Positions 44,377-59,020 of a stretch of DNA of 64,000 nucleotides are shown here, in pieces. The translations under genes and the position numbers were made by a program. Within the stretch, counting starts at the first letter, position 1; every line of letters begins with the position of its first letter. The DNA is from the human T2T-CHM13v2.0 reference genome, Homo sapiens. The stretch lies in NCBI RefSeq assembly GCF_009914755.1, contig NC_060932.1; one strand, given 5' to 3'. The notes beneath the pieces were generated by a model. The model was not told the DNA's origin, made no database searches, and saw only the letters and a list, made by a program, of their open reading frames with translations.

Positions 44377-45894
44377 TAGAGATTGAAATTCGTTTACCAG
44401 AACCAAAGGTGTTGTTGGTTTATGTCTTTAAAGCAGGGTTTCCAGCTCTAAAAGTTACCTGAACTTCGCTGATATAGAATCTTCGTGAAATTCCTGAAAG
44501 GTAACTCAAGCCAACTCAGTGCCCAACTTTTGATGACATGAAGCACACCTACAATAAGTGGAGGTCTCGCTGACCCAGTGGAAAGCTACAGATTGATACT
44601 TCTTTTGTTGAACAGCCTGTGATTTCATTAATTTCATTGACAGTCATTCTGAGTGAAATTTATGAAGGCCACAAAGTAGAGTTAGTGAACCGCATGAAAT
44701 GTCAGCGTGCCCACTTTGAGCTTGGCCATCTCATTTCTCTCTTTCCCCTCCACCCATACTGTTTGCTTTGGCAGGTGACTATTTTTCCAGTCTAATTTAT
44801 AACGTTTCAACATTTTGCCATGACCTCACTTGAGCTTCATTTCTGACAGCCTTGGAAGGACTTTAATTCCACTCACCACCAGGTATGTGTTCCTAGTAGG
44901 CGGACATTTTGTTTTTCATGTAGGCACCAAACCAAAAAAAAAGGGAAAAAGGTCTGAGAGGCAGCACCTACAAAACCACTTTCCTGAGTTTGACATCGGA
45001 TGGACTCTTTAACAGTTCATGATCACACTAAGCAATTGCTTTTTCTGCTCATTATCTGTTTCCTTCTCCTTTAATAAGCCAGCATTCTGCTCTCAGACTT
45101 GACCCATCTGCAGATTGTGTTTTTCTAGCCCCGGTCCTGTATTGGGCTAGGTTCACCAAAACTCAGGAGACCCAGTCTGGGGGCTTTCACTGGGGTGGTT
45201 GAGAGAAAGGCACCGTCACCTTTTCAGCCAGGTCTGCAGTTGTGAGTCATAATCTTGGAGTTGCTGGAAGCAGCCCCGCCACCGCGAGGGGAGAGCCTAT
45301 TTGAGAATGAGCCACCAGGGAGGAGAGCAGGCTGTGCCCTGGAGTCCAGGCACCCGCCCCGCACTTCTCCCTGGATGGGCATGAAACGCTGTTTTCCCTC
45401 GTGTCAGTTTCAGCTGGATTTTCTGTCATTTGTAATCTGAAAAGTCCTGGCTAATAAAATATTTTTAGAGAAAATTAGTTTATTATCTTTCTGAGATAAT
45501 TTGAGTACACAGTACTCTAGGGCTGACATCTTAATTTGTGTGTTTAGTAAATGCCTTTTTCCTCCAGTAAAAATGTATCTACAAGGCAAGTTGCATAAAC
45601 TAAATTATAGGAATTACAACTGAGAGTGTGTCATGATGCCCTGGTACTAATAATAAATGTAAATATTTTTGTTTTGATGAATTTAATGTTTAGGTTAGGT
45701 GTCTTAGATATTACACCCAGGTGTAAAGATAAGCATGTATCCATTAATTAAAGTTATTAAATGTGTAAATATTCTTAATTAGATGACTTATCAAAGACAA
45801 AAAGAGACAAATGCTATCTAACTGTAACCTGATAAATCAAATCTATTAACATAACAATAGGATAGCCAAAATATGGAAAAAAATTAAAAAATGA

Positions 45895-46224
<330 letters not shown>

Positions 46225-46289
46225 TAAACAAGTAATAATTACGATAAAGCAATACTGAGTATTTCAATCAATACCTAATTTTATTGCAT

Positions 46290-47432
<1,143 letters not shown>

Positions 47433-48651
47433 GACAACACTGAAGATTAGAACAAATTGGGCTAAATCTGAATTCTAGTCTGCTACTTAGAAAAAGACAC
47501 ATACTTCCTAGAAAAAGAATCATTCTAGAATTCCTATGTGTTAAGGGGGCCCATTTGGTAGAGGGGAAGTTCAGGCTCTGAAGCCAACCTTAGCTTCTGA
47601 GAGTTGAATAATCTTGCTGAGAACAGAAGGAGATATTCTGCCCAAGCTGTATCTTTGGCAGGTCTTTTCTGTGCAACAAAACAAAAGCTTGTGCTTATAT
47701 AGGAGCTGGTAAAGGACGTGTCCTGTGCTTCTATGCAGTGATGAGATTTGAAAAAGGCTCTTGAGATGTATCTGGATGAATTGGATGCTTGCCATTGCTG
47801 GTCTTGTCAAATGGCAGCATAGCCATTCCAGAGGGAACTGTGTCCATGCCCCTGTGTCCTGTCCACAGTTGGTGTGGTGCGTGAGTGAGGTTCTCATAAA
47901 GAATCAGGGAGGAGTTGCTGGTCCCCATGGAAGTGATGAGCTAGAGAACACAAAGGCCCATGTCCCAGAGGTGGTGAGGAGGCCGGGGCCAGAGAGCCAT
48001 CAGACACCAGCAGGGCAAAGTGAGGGCAGGATCATTTTTGAGGCTTTTTGTTTTCTTTTGTCTTTGATTGCATATGCTTGTTCATCACCTCCTAACTTAA
48101 AAGGTGGATTTGTTCAAGATGAAGTGTCCATGTTTTCTGTTAGGAAAAGCATAGTTTATACTTGAATGAAGAATAGTTTCTTATTAGAACCCCTATTATA
48201 AGACATGAAGAATATTTAAGGAGGCTTTAGACACTCTCCCAGAAAATAGGCCGGGATCTATGTGCATTGGTGGGCAGCAAGCAGAGTGGTCCCCATGCAT
48301 CTCTGCATGCAGCTGGTAAGCAGTGACCTTTCACTTTTGGGCGCCGGCCTCTAGAAGGTCCGTCAGTGTTGCTCTGTGGCTTAGTGGTACTTTGAGCTGA
48401 AGAGTGTGCAGTACATGCAAAAGGAAGTCCCTTGGATATCTGCAGGCCTTGAATGTCAGTTCTGAGAGAAACTGCCTCAATATTTATTTGTAAAATAAGA
48501 GACGCAAGTTAAATAAACTCTACTGCCTTATTGGCATTCTGATTCTAGTATGCTTGGTTGATCCAGGCCCAGGTCCGGCAGAAGAGCCAAACCCAAACTT
48601 GCTCTCCGAGGATTCCCCTCTTCCTCTTTTCTTACATATCTGCTACGTCCA

Positions 48652-48755
48652 CTAGCCTGTGAGCTTCTAGGGACCAAGGATCAGGTCTCTTCAATTTTGA
48701 AACCCCCAAAACTTGCACAGCATGTGGTATAAAATATATGTTCAATGAATGAGTG
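48652..48755 (+). mobile_element. L2 3' end
   Basis: actagcctgtgagcttctagggacc...aatgaatgagtg. Confidence 0.6.
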
Positions 48756-48792
48756 TTCTTTGTATTTCAGTTTTTTAAAAACATCATGACCT

Positions 48793-49121
<329 letters not shown>

Positions 49122-51504
49122 TTATATCTTTGGGTTAAACCTCAGGCCCATAGAACCAATTGCCTCTACCTGTAATGCCCCCAAGCATACCTATCACACA
49201 GACCAGAGACCAAGCTAATTTCTGTCTCTCTCCAACCTGGCTTTTTTTCTGACTTCCCTTCAGGTAGCCCAAGCAGAACTATGGGGGGTCATCTTAGACC
49301 CTCTGTCTCCCTCATTCTTCATTATCCCATTATCCCACCATCCCATGTCCCACTGACCCAGTCCCTAAAGTCCCTCTTATTCAGCCCTGGATCCTCAGTG
49401 CTTAAGTGACATGGCCTGACATGGCAGTTGCTCAATGACTGTTGGTTGAAAAAAAAAATAATGTTATTTAGGGTGTTTGCAGAATCGCATATGTTTACAA
49501 CCCTCAGTAATACAATGAATTGTCATTTGTTTGAAATGACCTAAGTCTGCAGGTCTGAAAGTAGAGAGAGCCCATATGTGATTTGCATATTTCTTCTCAG
49601 TGTTGTGACTTGACTTTGTACAAGAGTGGTCTTTACTCTGGGATGCTTGCTCCACCCACAGTCTGTGAAGACTCTCCAAGAGGTGACTGGCGTTGATAGT
49701 CCCTGTAGTCAATTTCCTAGCTGCCTTGCCCGGGTGCTAGGACCTGGCTTCTTTAGCCAGCTGACCTAAAGCTGCTCAGTGTCCTTTGCCACCTCTGCTT
49801 TCTCAGGGACCTGACCCCAGCTGAAAAGAGAAGGGCATTCGGCTGTGATTATGTTTCCTCGAGGTATAAACATCTCCTAGGCATTGAAAAAGAAGCCATT
49901 GGAAATGTTGCCTTCTTTATCCAAATTAACAACTCCACCTCAACATTTTATACTTCCCACAAATTTTTCTGTCATATTTAAGAATTATTTATCAACATTG
50001 GGAAATGTGTTGTTTTGCCCAATTACATACTAGCAAAAATTGTGTGGATTATTCCATCCAGAATAAATTTTTTAATATTTAGAGCCATTTGGTCACAGGA
50101 ATTATTTAAAATGTTAAGTTTCAATGTATGTACATTCTTTCCCAGGGATATATGATAGTTGATCATAAAATAAACTCTCAAATATCTGAAGATATTATGT
50201 TAAAGTTCTGAAGGGGCATGGAGTGGAATATAGCTCTTGAAGAGGAAATGCATTGGTGTAAAATTCCTGATTTTTACTGAAAATCTGGTTCCAGTATTTT
50301 AAACAGATAGTGGTCAGTAACAAATGACTGAAGTGTTTATTCCAATGGATGCGTTTGAACGTGAGAGAAAGAATTTTATTTACAAATGTTAATATTTAGA
50401 CATTTCGAATACACTGGAAGTCACATCCTTTGCAACAGTTTAGATTTAAGATGGAAATTTTTAGATGGCATTGCATCAATGTGCAAAGTGAGAAGGTAGC
50501 TTTTCAAAATTCTTGAAGGGGGTATGTGTTTTAGTCACTTTGTAGATGAAGCCATAATATTAAGCAAAGAAAACATCTCTTGACATTCAGTTTAACATAA
50601 AACAGTAGAAAGTTAGCACTGAAGAACCAAAAATAGAAGCGACGCTGCATGTCACGTTGCCATAGCATAGGTGCTATTTAGAGCCAGGAAAAGTGAAGCT
50701 CAGTTGCCATACAAAAGGCCTCCCCAATTGTGTATGGCTTACTTCCTCACATTGTGGGCCTCCAGTATCCACTGGCAAATGTGGGGTGAGTCAGGTCTGA
50801 GCTGCTGATGCCAGGGCCTAGATAAGGCCTGTGGAAATCCCTCCCGGAGCACAGAGAAGTGGAGGGACAGCCACCCATTTTATCAAGGTTGGGTAGGATG
50901 GTGCCAAGGGCACAGTCCCGCTGGGCCCTGTGGCGCTTAAGCTGAATTAAGCTTAAAGGGAGGTAAATATGCACAGGCTGGAGGCACAGTCCATGGACTT
51001 TAGGCTGAAAGAACTCAGTGGCGCAGTCTATCCACGGAGGGAAAGCACTCCCAGGGAAGTGCCTGGCACTTGACACCAGTAAATGTTCTTCTGCCTACGA
51101 ATTCCAGCAAAGCAGACTTAGTAATACATCCCTAAATGTTACCATGCAGACAATTTTTCCATAGCTGGTTACTTCCTCTAGAGGCAGGTAAGTAGTAGAT
51201 CAATGAACTAAGTGCCTCTACTGTGCTTCTGGCAGGGTCCACTACCCTGACCTCTGTGAATTCCTCCCGCTCAAGAATTCTCACCTGCTGGTGACTCAGG
51301 TGGAATGTTCACAAGCATCCTCAAAACCATGTGTTCCAAGAAACTCCTCCATCCCCTATCCTGATCTCCTGTCCTCTGTGCCAGCCACACTCCTGACTTC
51401 TCTGCTTAGTCATCCTCCATGGATTCCAATCACAAATGCAGAACCGTCTTCAATCTCTCACTTGCTGTCTCTTAGCTAACAGTGTATTTGTTTATGTATT
51501 TCTT

Positions 51505-51955
51505 TCTTTTTATTGTGGTAAAATAAGCATAACATGAAATTTACCATTTTAATCAGTTTTAAGCGTATGGTTCAGTGGCATTAAGTACATTCACAATGTC
51601 GTGCTGCTATCACCACCATCCATCTCTAGAACATGTTTGTCTCGCATCACAGAAACTCCGTACTCATTAAATCATAACTCCCCATTTCTCCCTCCCTGCA
51701 GCACCTGATAACCACCAAAATTCAACCACATTGAATTTTGACTCTATGAATTGGACTACTCTGTGTACGTATTATGAGTGGGATCATGCAGTATTTGTCT
51801 TTTTGTGTCTGCTTTACTTCACTTAGCGCAATGTCCTCAAGGTTCATGCATGGTGTAGCATGTGCCAGAATGTCCTTCCTTTTAAAGGCTGTATAATATT
51901 CCATTGTTTATATACTCCACATTTTGTTTAATCCATTCACTCACAGATACACACT
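51505..51955 (-). mobile_element. L1MB2/3-like 3' end
   Basis: tattgtggtaaaataagcataacatgaaatttacc... Confidence 0.9.
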
Positions 51956-52488
51956 TTAATAGTTTATTAATCTCATCGATTACTATTTTATCATTATTCC
52001 ATTACTGTAATGGACACAGCAATCCATTAATATTCTAGTTTTTCCCTTTGTCTTAAGATTCTTCTCTTTCAGAATATTTATAAACTCTGCATCTGGCAAA
52101 GTTCTAGTATCCAGAATCTATAAGGAACTTAAAGAATTCAACAAATAAAAAACAAGTAACGCCATTAAAAAGTGGGCAAAAGATATAAACAGACACTTCT
52201 CAGAAGAAGACATACAAGCAGCCAACAAATATATGAAAAAATAACATCACTAATAATCAGAAAAATGCAAATCAAAACCACAATGAGATAATATCTCACA
52301 CCAGTCAGAATGACTATTATTAAAAAGTAAAAAAAATAACAGATGCTGGCAAGGTTGCAAGAAAATGGAACATTTATACACTGTTGGTGGGAATGTAAAT
52401 TAGTTTAGCCATTGTGGAAAGTAGTTTGGAGATTTCTCAGAGAACTTAAAACAGAACTCCTATGTGACGCAGCAATTCCATTACTGGG

Positions 52489-53230
52489 TGATATGGTATA
52501 TATGGTTTGGTTGTGTCTCCACCCAAATCTTATCTTGAATTGTAGCTCCCATAATCCCCACATGTCGTGGGAGCGACCTGGTCGGAGGTAATTGAATCAT
52601 GGGCGTGGGTTTTTCCCGTGCTGTTCTCATGATAGTGAATAGTTTCACAAGGTCTGATGGTTTTATAAAGGGCAGTTCCCCTGCACGTGCCATCTTGCCT
52701 GCCACCATGTAAGATGTGCCTGTGCTCCTCCTTTGTCTTTTGCCATGATTGTGAGGCCTGCCCAGCCATGTGGAATGGTGAGTCCATTAAACCTCTTTTT
52801 CTTTATAAATCACCCAGTCTTGGGTATTTCTTTATAGCAGTATGAAAATGGACTAATACATATGGTTTGGCTATGTCCCCACCCAAATCTCATCTTGAGG
52901 TGTAGTTCTCATAATCTCCATGTGTTGTGGGAGGGACACAGTGGGAGGTAATTGAATCATGGGATGGTTTCCCCCATGCTGTTCTCATGACAGTAAGTTC
53001 TCATGAGATCTGATGGTTTTATAAGGGGCTTCCCCCTTCACTGAACTCTCATTCTTCTCTCTGCTGCTACCTTGTGAAGAAGGATGTATTTGCTTCTTCT
53101 TCTGCCATGGCCGTAAGTTTCCTGAGGCCTTCCCAGCTGTGTGGAACTGTGAGTCAATTAAACCTCTTTATTTTATAAATTACCCAGTCTCAGGTATGTC
53201 CTTATAGCAACACGAGAATAGACTAATATA
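52489..53230 (+). mobile_element. THE1D-like solo LTR (MaLR), split after its first 8 bp
   Basis: tgatatgg...actaatata; 5-bp TSD ctggg at 52484-52488 and 53231-53235. Confidence 0.85.
52497..52860 (+). mobile_element. THE1C-like solo LTR (MaLR)
   Basis: ...tatggtttgg...gggcagttcccctgcac...ggactaataca; 5-bp TSD tatgg at 52492-52496 and 52861-52865. Confidence 0.85.
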
Positions 53231-54174
53231 CTGGGTATATACCCAAAGGAGAATAAATCCTTCTACCAAAAAGACACATGTACTTGTGTGTTTTTTGCAG
53301 TACTCTTCACAGTAGCAAAGACACTGAATCAACCTATGTGCCCATCAGTGGTGGACTGGATAAAGTAAACGTGGTACATACACACCATGGAATACTACAT
53401 TGCCATAAAAATGAATGAAATCTTGTCCTTTGAACCAACATGGATACAGCTAGTGGCTATTATCCTAAGCAAATTAATGCAGGAATAGAAAAGCAAATAC
53501 TGCATGTTCTCCCTTATAAGTGGGAGCTAAGCATTGGGTACACATGGGCATAGAGATGGGAACAATAAGCACTGGGAACTACAGGGAGATAGAGGGAAGA
53601 AAAGGGGTGAGGGCTGACAAACTACATATTGAGTGCTATACTTACTACTTGAGTGATGGATTCAATGGTACCCGAAACCTCAGCATCATGCAATTTACTC
53701 ATGTAACAAACCTGCATATGTACCCCCTGAATCTAAAGTAAAAGTTGAAATTATTTTTTTAAAGATTCTCTTTCAAATGCATTGCATGCACCACCTGAAT
53801 AATTTACCTAAAGTTTCTAATAACTGCTCAATTCTACTATGTGTCCCAAATCCTTGTCCCTCAATAGACTGGGCCCAACCAACCCTTCTTGCCTTATCTT
53901 TAACCACTTTTCCTAGTTCGCATGTCTTCCCTACTCATGGGGTCAATGGATGAGTACTGTGCTTCGGGCATGCAGAAAACAGAAAGGTCAGGAAAGGCTG
54001 CACTGAACACATCCACCCTAGAGAGCTGGAACTGCGTGTGAGAATACCCCCACCTTTCCTGAACCGTCTCCATGGCTGCACTACTCACTCCTTGCTCTGT
54101 GGACTCCTGCTTCACTCCCCACTTCTGTGAGCCTTGTGTTCCACATGAGTGGGATGCCCACCAGGTTGGTGGTG

Positions 54175-54400
54175 GTGATCACTCAATGGCTATGGGCTTA
54201 GAGCCTGGAGCTAGATGGCCTCTTCCCAGATCTCAGCTCTGCCACACCCTAGCCTGTCACCTGGGACAAATAACTCCTGTGTGGATGGTTCTTCTGCTAT
54301 ACACTGTAAAGTGGGGGTAACAGTAATGGTACCCCACACCGGCATGTTGTGAGGATTCCTACTACACTGTGTTTGTAATGAACTATCACAGGACCGTGCT
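54175..54400 (+). mobile_element. MIR SINE
   Basis: cagctctgccacac...ctgtaaagtgggggtaacagtaatggtacc...ttgtgaggatt. Confidence 0.7.
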
Positions 54401-54624
54401 GACTGGAGATGATTGCACTATTACCTTTTTGTGACCATCCTTGGCTGGATCATAAACTTTAGCTCATTTATTTTCTGCTCTCTTTCAAATTATTTTTGAA
54501 TGTATAATTATGTGCTAGACACAAGAAGTGCTGGTAACGAAAAGACACTGATTTTGCTCTTCAGAAGCTTAGAGTATGTATATACGGCTCTCTCTGGAGC
54601 TCCATGGCCGTGGCATAGTGCATC

Positions 54625-54928
54625 ACTCTCCTTCTCCTTCCCTTCCTCCTTCCCTCTTTTCCTTCCTTTTCTTCCTCTCTCCACTCTTTCCTCCTCCCTT
54701 CCCTCCATCTCTTCCCCTCCCTCCCTTCCTTCTTTCCTTCCCTCTTTCCTTCCCTTCTTCCTTCCCTTCTTATTTTCCTCTTCCTGTTTCTCCCTCCCTT
54801 CCTCCTTTCCTTCTTTCTCTTTCCTTCCTGCCCTCCCTCTTGCCTTTTTCCCCTTCTTCCTTCCTTTTCTCCTTCCTTTCTTACTTCCTTTCTCCCTTCT
54901 TCCCTTTCTTCCTTCCTTTTTTTCTTCT
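54625..54928. repeat. ~300-bp polypyrimidine/polypurine tract
   Basis: Almost exclusively C/T on the + strand. Confidence 0.95.
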
Positions 54929-54934
54929 AGGTGA

Positions 54935-55550
54935 CATATGAGGTGCCTGCCCTGTGCTGGCACTGCCCCAAACACTGGGGGCCCTGCAGTGAGCAGGACA
55001 GCCACTCCCCGATGGGAGGTACTAGCTAATGGGGAAGACAAACCATAAATGCATGAGTGAATAAATAACATGATTCAAAAGACACATAAATACTCTGAAA
55101 AAATCCTGAAGTGTAACAGGAGTTCTGTGTGCTGTTCACCATAGCTTGGTCAGGGGTGGCCCCTCTAGGAGGCAATGGTTGAGTATGACCTAAAGGTGGT
55201 GGTGGTTGGCGGGGGTCAGCCCCGCCCAGATCTGCGGGCAGAGCAATCCAGGCAGAGAGAACCCCTGAGACCTGGACACAGGACTGGGCTTTGTGTGTGT
55301 GGGTGGAGTGAGCCTGAGGGAGGTTGGGGGGTTGTGACAGGGAGTGAGGTGGGAGAGGTAGGCCAGAGTAGACAGTGGTGCTAGCAGGAGCTTGGGTTTT
55401 ATCTCAAATGTGATGGGAAGCCATTTAGGGGTCAAGGGACTCGATCTCACAGGCAAAGGATGTGATCCGATGTACATTTAGAAGAGTGTCCTCTGCCTGT
55501 GAAGCACAGGAGAGGGATAAGAGGAGGAGTGGGGACCAGGTGGGTGGCTG
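54935..55550 (-). mobile_element. L2 fragment
   Basis: gagcttgggttttatctcaaatgtgatgggaagccatt... antisense L2. Confidence 0.7.
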
Positions 55551-55659
55551 AGCAGGACACACCTAGCGCTGCTGGGGGAATCCCTGGAGAGCAGCGCCGT
55601 CTTCCGGAGGGGGCTGTAGTGATGCAGCCCTGAGCTCTGCCTTCCTGCTTCCTTCTTAC

Positions 55660-55957
<298 letters not shown>

Positions 55958-58018
55958 TCTTACCTTTAAAAAATTAAATAAGAGCTAAGTAGATATTGTA
56001 TTGTTAGACAACCAAAAATTTTTTAAAAATTTGTTAAATTTTATCTACCAAAAATAATTGTAAACTTATCCTAAGTAGAAGAGTGAATTTATTGAATTTT
56101 TAAGTTTAATGGAATGCAATCATTTTATATACCAGAGATGGAAGAGACAAATTCAGTCCTTTCACGTCTACCTGATACAACCTATGTGCTGATGTAATTT
56201 TAAATATTTCATGGGGTGAGTGTTTAGTGTTTCTTGAAGGAAATTTTTTCAAACATCTTTCTATTAAGAAGTTAAATTGTAAATTTTTAAAAATTTAAAC
56301 TAAAAAAAGCCAGTGAGCATCTATTCAATGTAAGAAGCAATGAAGGCAAGTGGACCGGAGGTCAAAGGGCTGGGACACAAATAATTTTTGAATTAATTTC
56401 TTAGGTAATATTCAACTCTACGGCCAATTCAAAAGGAATTCCTCTCTGTCCTGTAAATTTATTTATTCTAGGCATTTGTAGGTTACTCACCTTAATCCTT
56501 CACTCATCTCCTGTCCCCTAATCCTTGTCAAAAAAGGAAAAAAAGAATCATTGATTAGCTCAGCAAAACATCAAAGGAGCAATCTTCCCCATAAATCAAT
56601 CCTTCCATTCTCCGACTTGCTTTGTTGATTTCTCCCAAACTTCCCCATTTATCTATTGAGTGGCTCATTCCTAAAGCCTCAGGTGTGTTGTCAGAAACTC
56701 TTCCCTTTTATGCTTTTCAATTATAAGTTGTTAATGACTTAGGGATGCTCAGAAGTAAATCAGGTAATGCTGCCCCAGTGAACGGCACTGAGGACATCAA
56801 AACTCAGCAACTCAGCAGTGTCTCACCTTGGGCATGAGGTTGACTAAAATCCGAGACTCAGCTCCATGCTTCCTCAGAAAGCACATTCATTTCTCAAAGA
56901 GTACAAAGGGGGTCAGTTTGCTTTTGTTGTTTTCTCTCTTTTCTAGAAATGAAATTAATACAACGATAACCTCCTTCCCCCTAGACCCGAGTATTGATTT
57001 CTGCTTTGCTCCCTGGCCCTCTTCTAAGTTCTGAAGACATTACCAGAGGAGCTATTGATCAGCAGGCTGCCTGTCGCTTCCTTGGGCGCAAAGGACAGCA
57101 GCCCCATCACCTCCATGCCCCGGAATAGACCTGGAGGTAAAGGGTCAGAGATGAAAGGCTTCTGATTAGTTCTTCTTTGTAAGCCGCCTCCCAGGAAGCG
57201 CTGAGCTTCTGTTTACACCTGTCCTTGGCATTTAAGATGGAAAACTTTTACTCCCAGGTCCGTGCACGGGTGTAGCTGAAGCAGAACTCTTATCTTTCTC
57301 AGCTTCTCATTGGGAGAGATGGATTGTTTGTTGTTAAGCCCGGTTGGCTTTTTAAGTAAAAAGTTTATGCTTCCTGGGCCTTTCATTTGTCGCCTGCACC
57401 GCTGCGGCTTCATCTGTTATAGGAACCTCAGTGCTTTTAGACATTGACTAAAGGACACTCAAATCAATTTCCTCTGAGGAAAAGAACCTGGAGAGTCTGT
57501 GGGACTCCATTTTTTTTCCGTTAAGTTGTGGCAATGTCATTGATTTCATTGCTGAACCAGAGCAGAGGGGGTCAAGGGAGATTCATGAAAGTAGGAGAAA
57601 GAATGACAGAAAAAAGCCATTACTTATCCATGTACCTGGAATGGCCCGACAAAATTCAGAAGGTCAAGTGGCTTTGGGTTAACCCATCCCCTTTATAGCT
57701 AACTCAATAATTAACCTTTAGAAACAGGGTCATACCATGAAATTCTGCTAATCCTTTATTAATATTTCCTACATACTCTCTCCTTTTTAGCCCTAGATGA
57801 TTGCCGTTAAGCAAGATTTCTCACCTGATTTATGACGATACTCTCCTCTCTTTTCCTTGCCCCTAGTCATGCCCTTACACAAATCCTTTCAAAGCCTCTG
57901 GTTACCTGCAGGTATCTGCCAAAACCCCTGGGATGGCAGACAACAGCCTTCACTTTGGGCCCTATGCAAACTGTGGCTGCTTCTCTGCAGCCAAGTCCTG
58001 GCTCCCTCCTCCTTCAAC

Positions 58019-58180
58019 CAGGGGCAGAGTTGCCATGGAGCTCCTGCAACTTAAGTTGAGAGCCCATCCGGCATATGTGTCCGGCACCTAACGAAAAGTT
58101 CAACATTTTGGATCCTTTTTTAAAAACAGGGCCGCCCAAGTTACACATGCTTCAAGACCTACCACACCTGGAACTGCCCT
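58019..58180. mobile_element. Possible short hAT-Tip100 (Zaphod-related) MITE
   Basis: Ends caggggcagagttgcca ... tggaactgccct form an imperfect TIR. Confidence 0.35.
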
Positions 58181-58282
58181 TCTCTAATTCTGTGACTCAT
58201 TTGTACTGACCTTGAAGCTTCTTGGACATGGCAGCCATGCTGTTTAAATCTTGCCCATGCCTATTACTTGTCCATTCCCCAT

Positions 58283-58392
58283 AGCAGATGCTAAGGCCCT
58301 GAGAACAGAAATGGCTTTGGTGGTTTCTGTATCCCCAGTTCATATATGGAGTGCAAATTGGATGTAAACAGAATGAATGAATGAATGAATGA
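58283..58392 (+). mobile_element. L2 3' end
   Basis: ttctgtatccccag...(tgaa)n. Confidence 0.65.
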
Positions 58393-58397
58393 CACTC

Positions 58398-58765
<368 letters not shown>

Positions 58766-58804
58766 TAGAATGTTGTTATCTAATTTCATCATCTAATTTA
58801 TCTA

Positions 58805-59020
58805 ACAATAACAGTGACTAACAGAAACCAACTGGATATTATGCACAAGGTACTGTTATAAGGGATGTATGTATAATGTTCCATTTAATCCTCTCAACAC
58901 CCCTAAGAAGCCCAGTTTGTAGATGAGGAAACTGAAGCACAAAGAACGCTACTTGCTTGTCTAAATCACTCAGCTAGTGTGTGCTAGTGCCAGGATTTTA
59001 AAAGAGGTAGACTGACTCTT
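58805..59020 (-). mobile_element. MIR SINE
   Basis: catttaatcctctcaacacc...agatgaggaaactgaagcac. Confidence 0.8.

Larger units (their letters stand above)
52072..53760 (+). mobile_element. 5'-truncated L1PB3/4-like element interrupted by THE1 LTRs
   Basis: ORF2 end plus 3' UTR ending catgtaacaaacctgcatatgtaccccctgaatctaaa; approximate TSD aagatt(ctt)ctctttca. Confidence 0.9.

Noticed and set aside
44437-44500. Possible 64-nt exon (aagcAG...aag|GTAACT)
   Set aside because: Weak polypyrimidine tract, no recognisable coding content and no supporting neighbouring exon.
54500-55071. Long ORFs of 121-187 aa on both strands
   Set aside because: Open only because the C/T tract lacks stop codons; low-complexity peptides.
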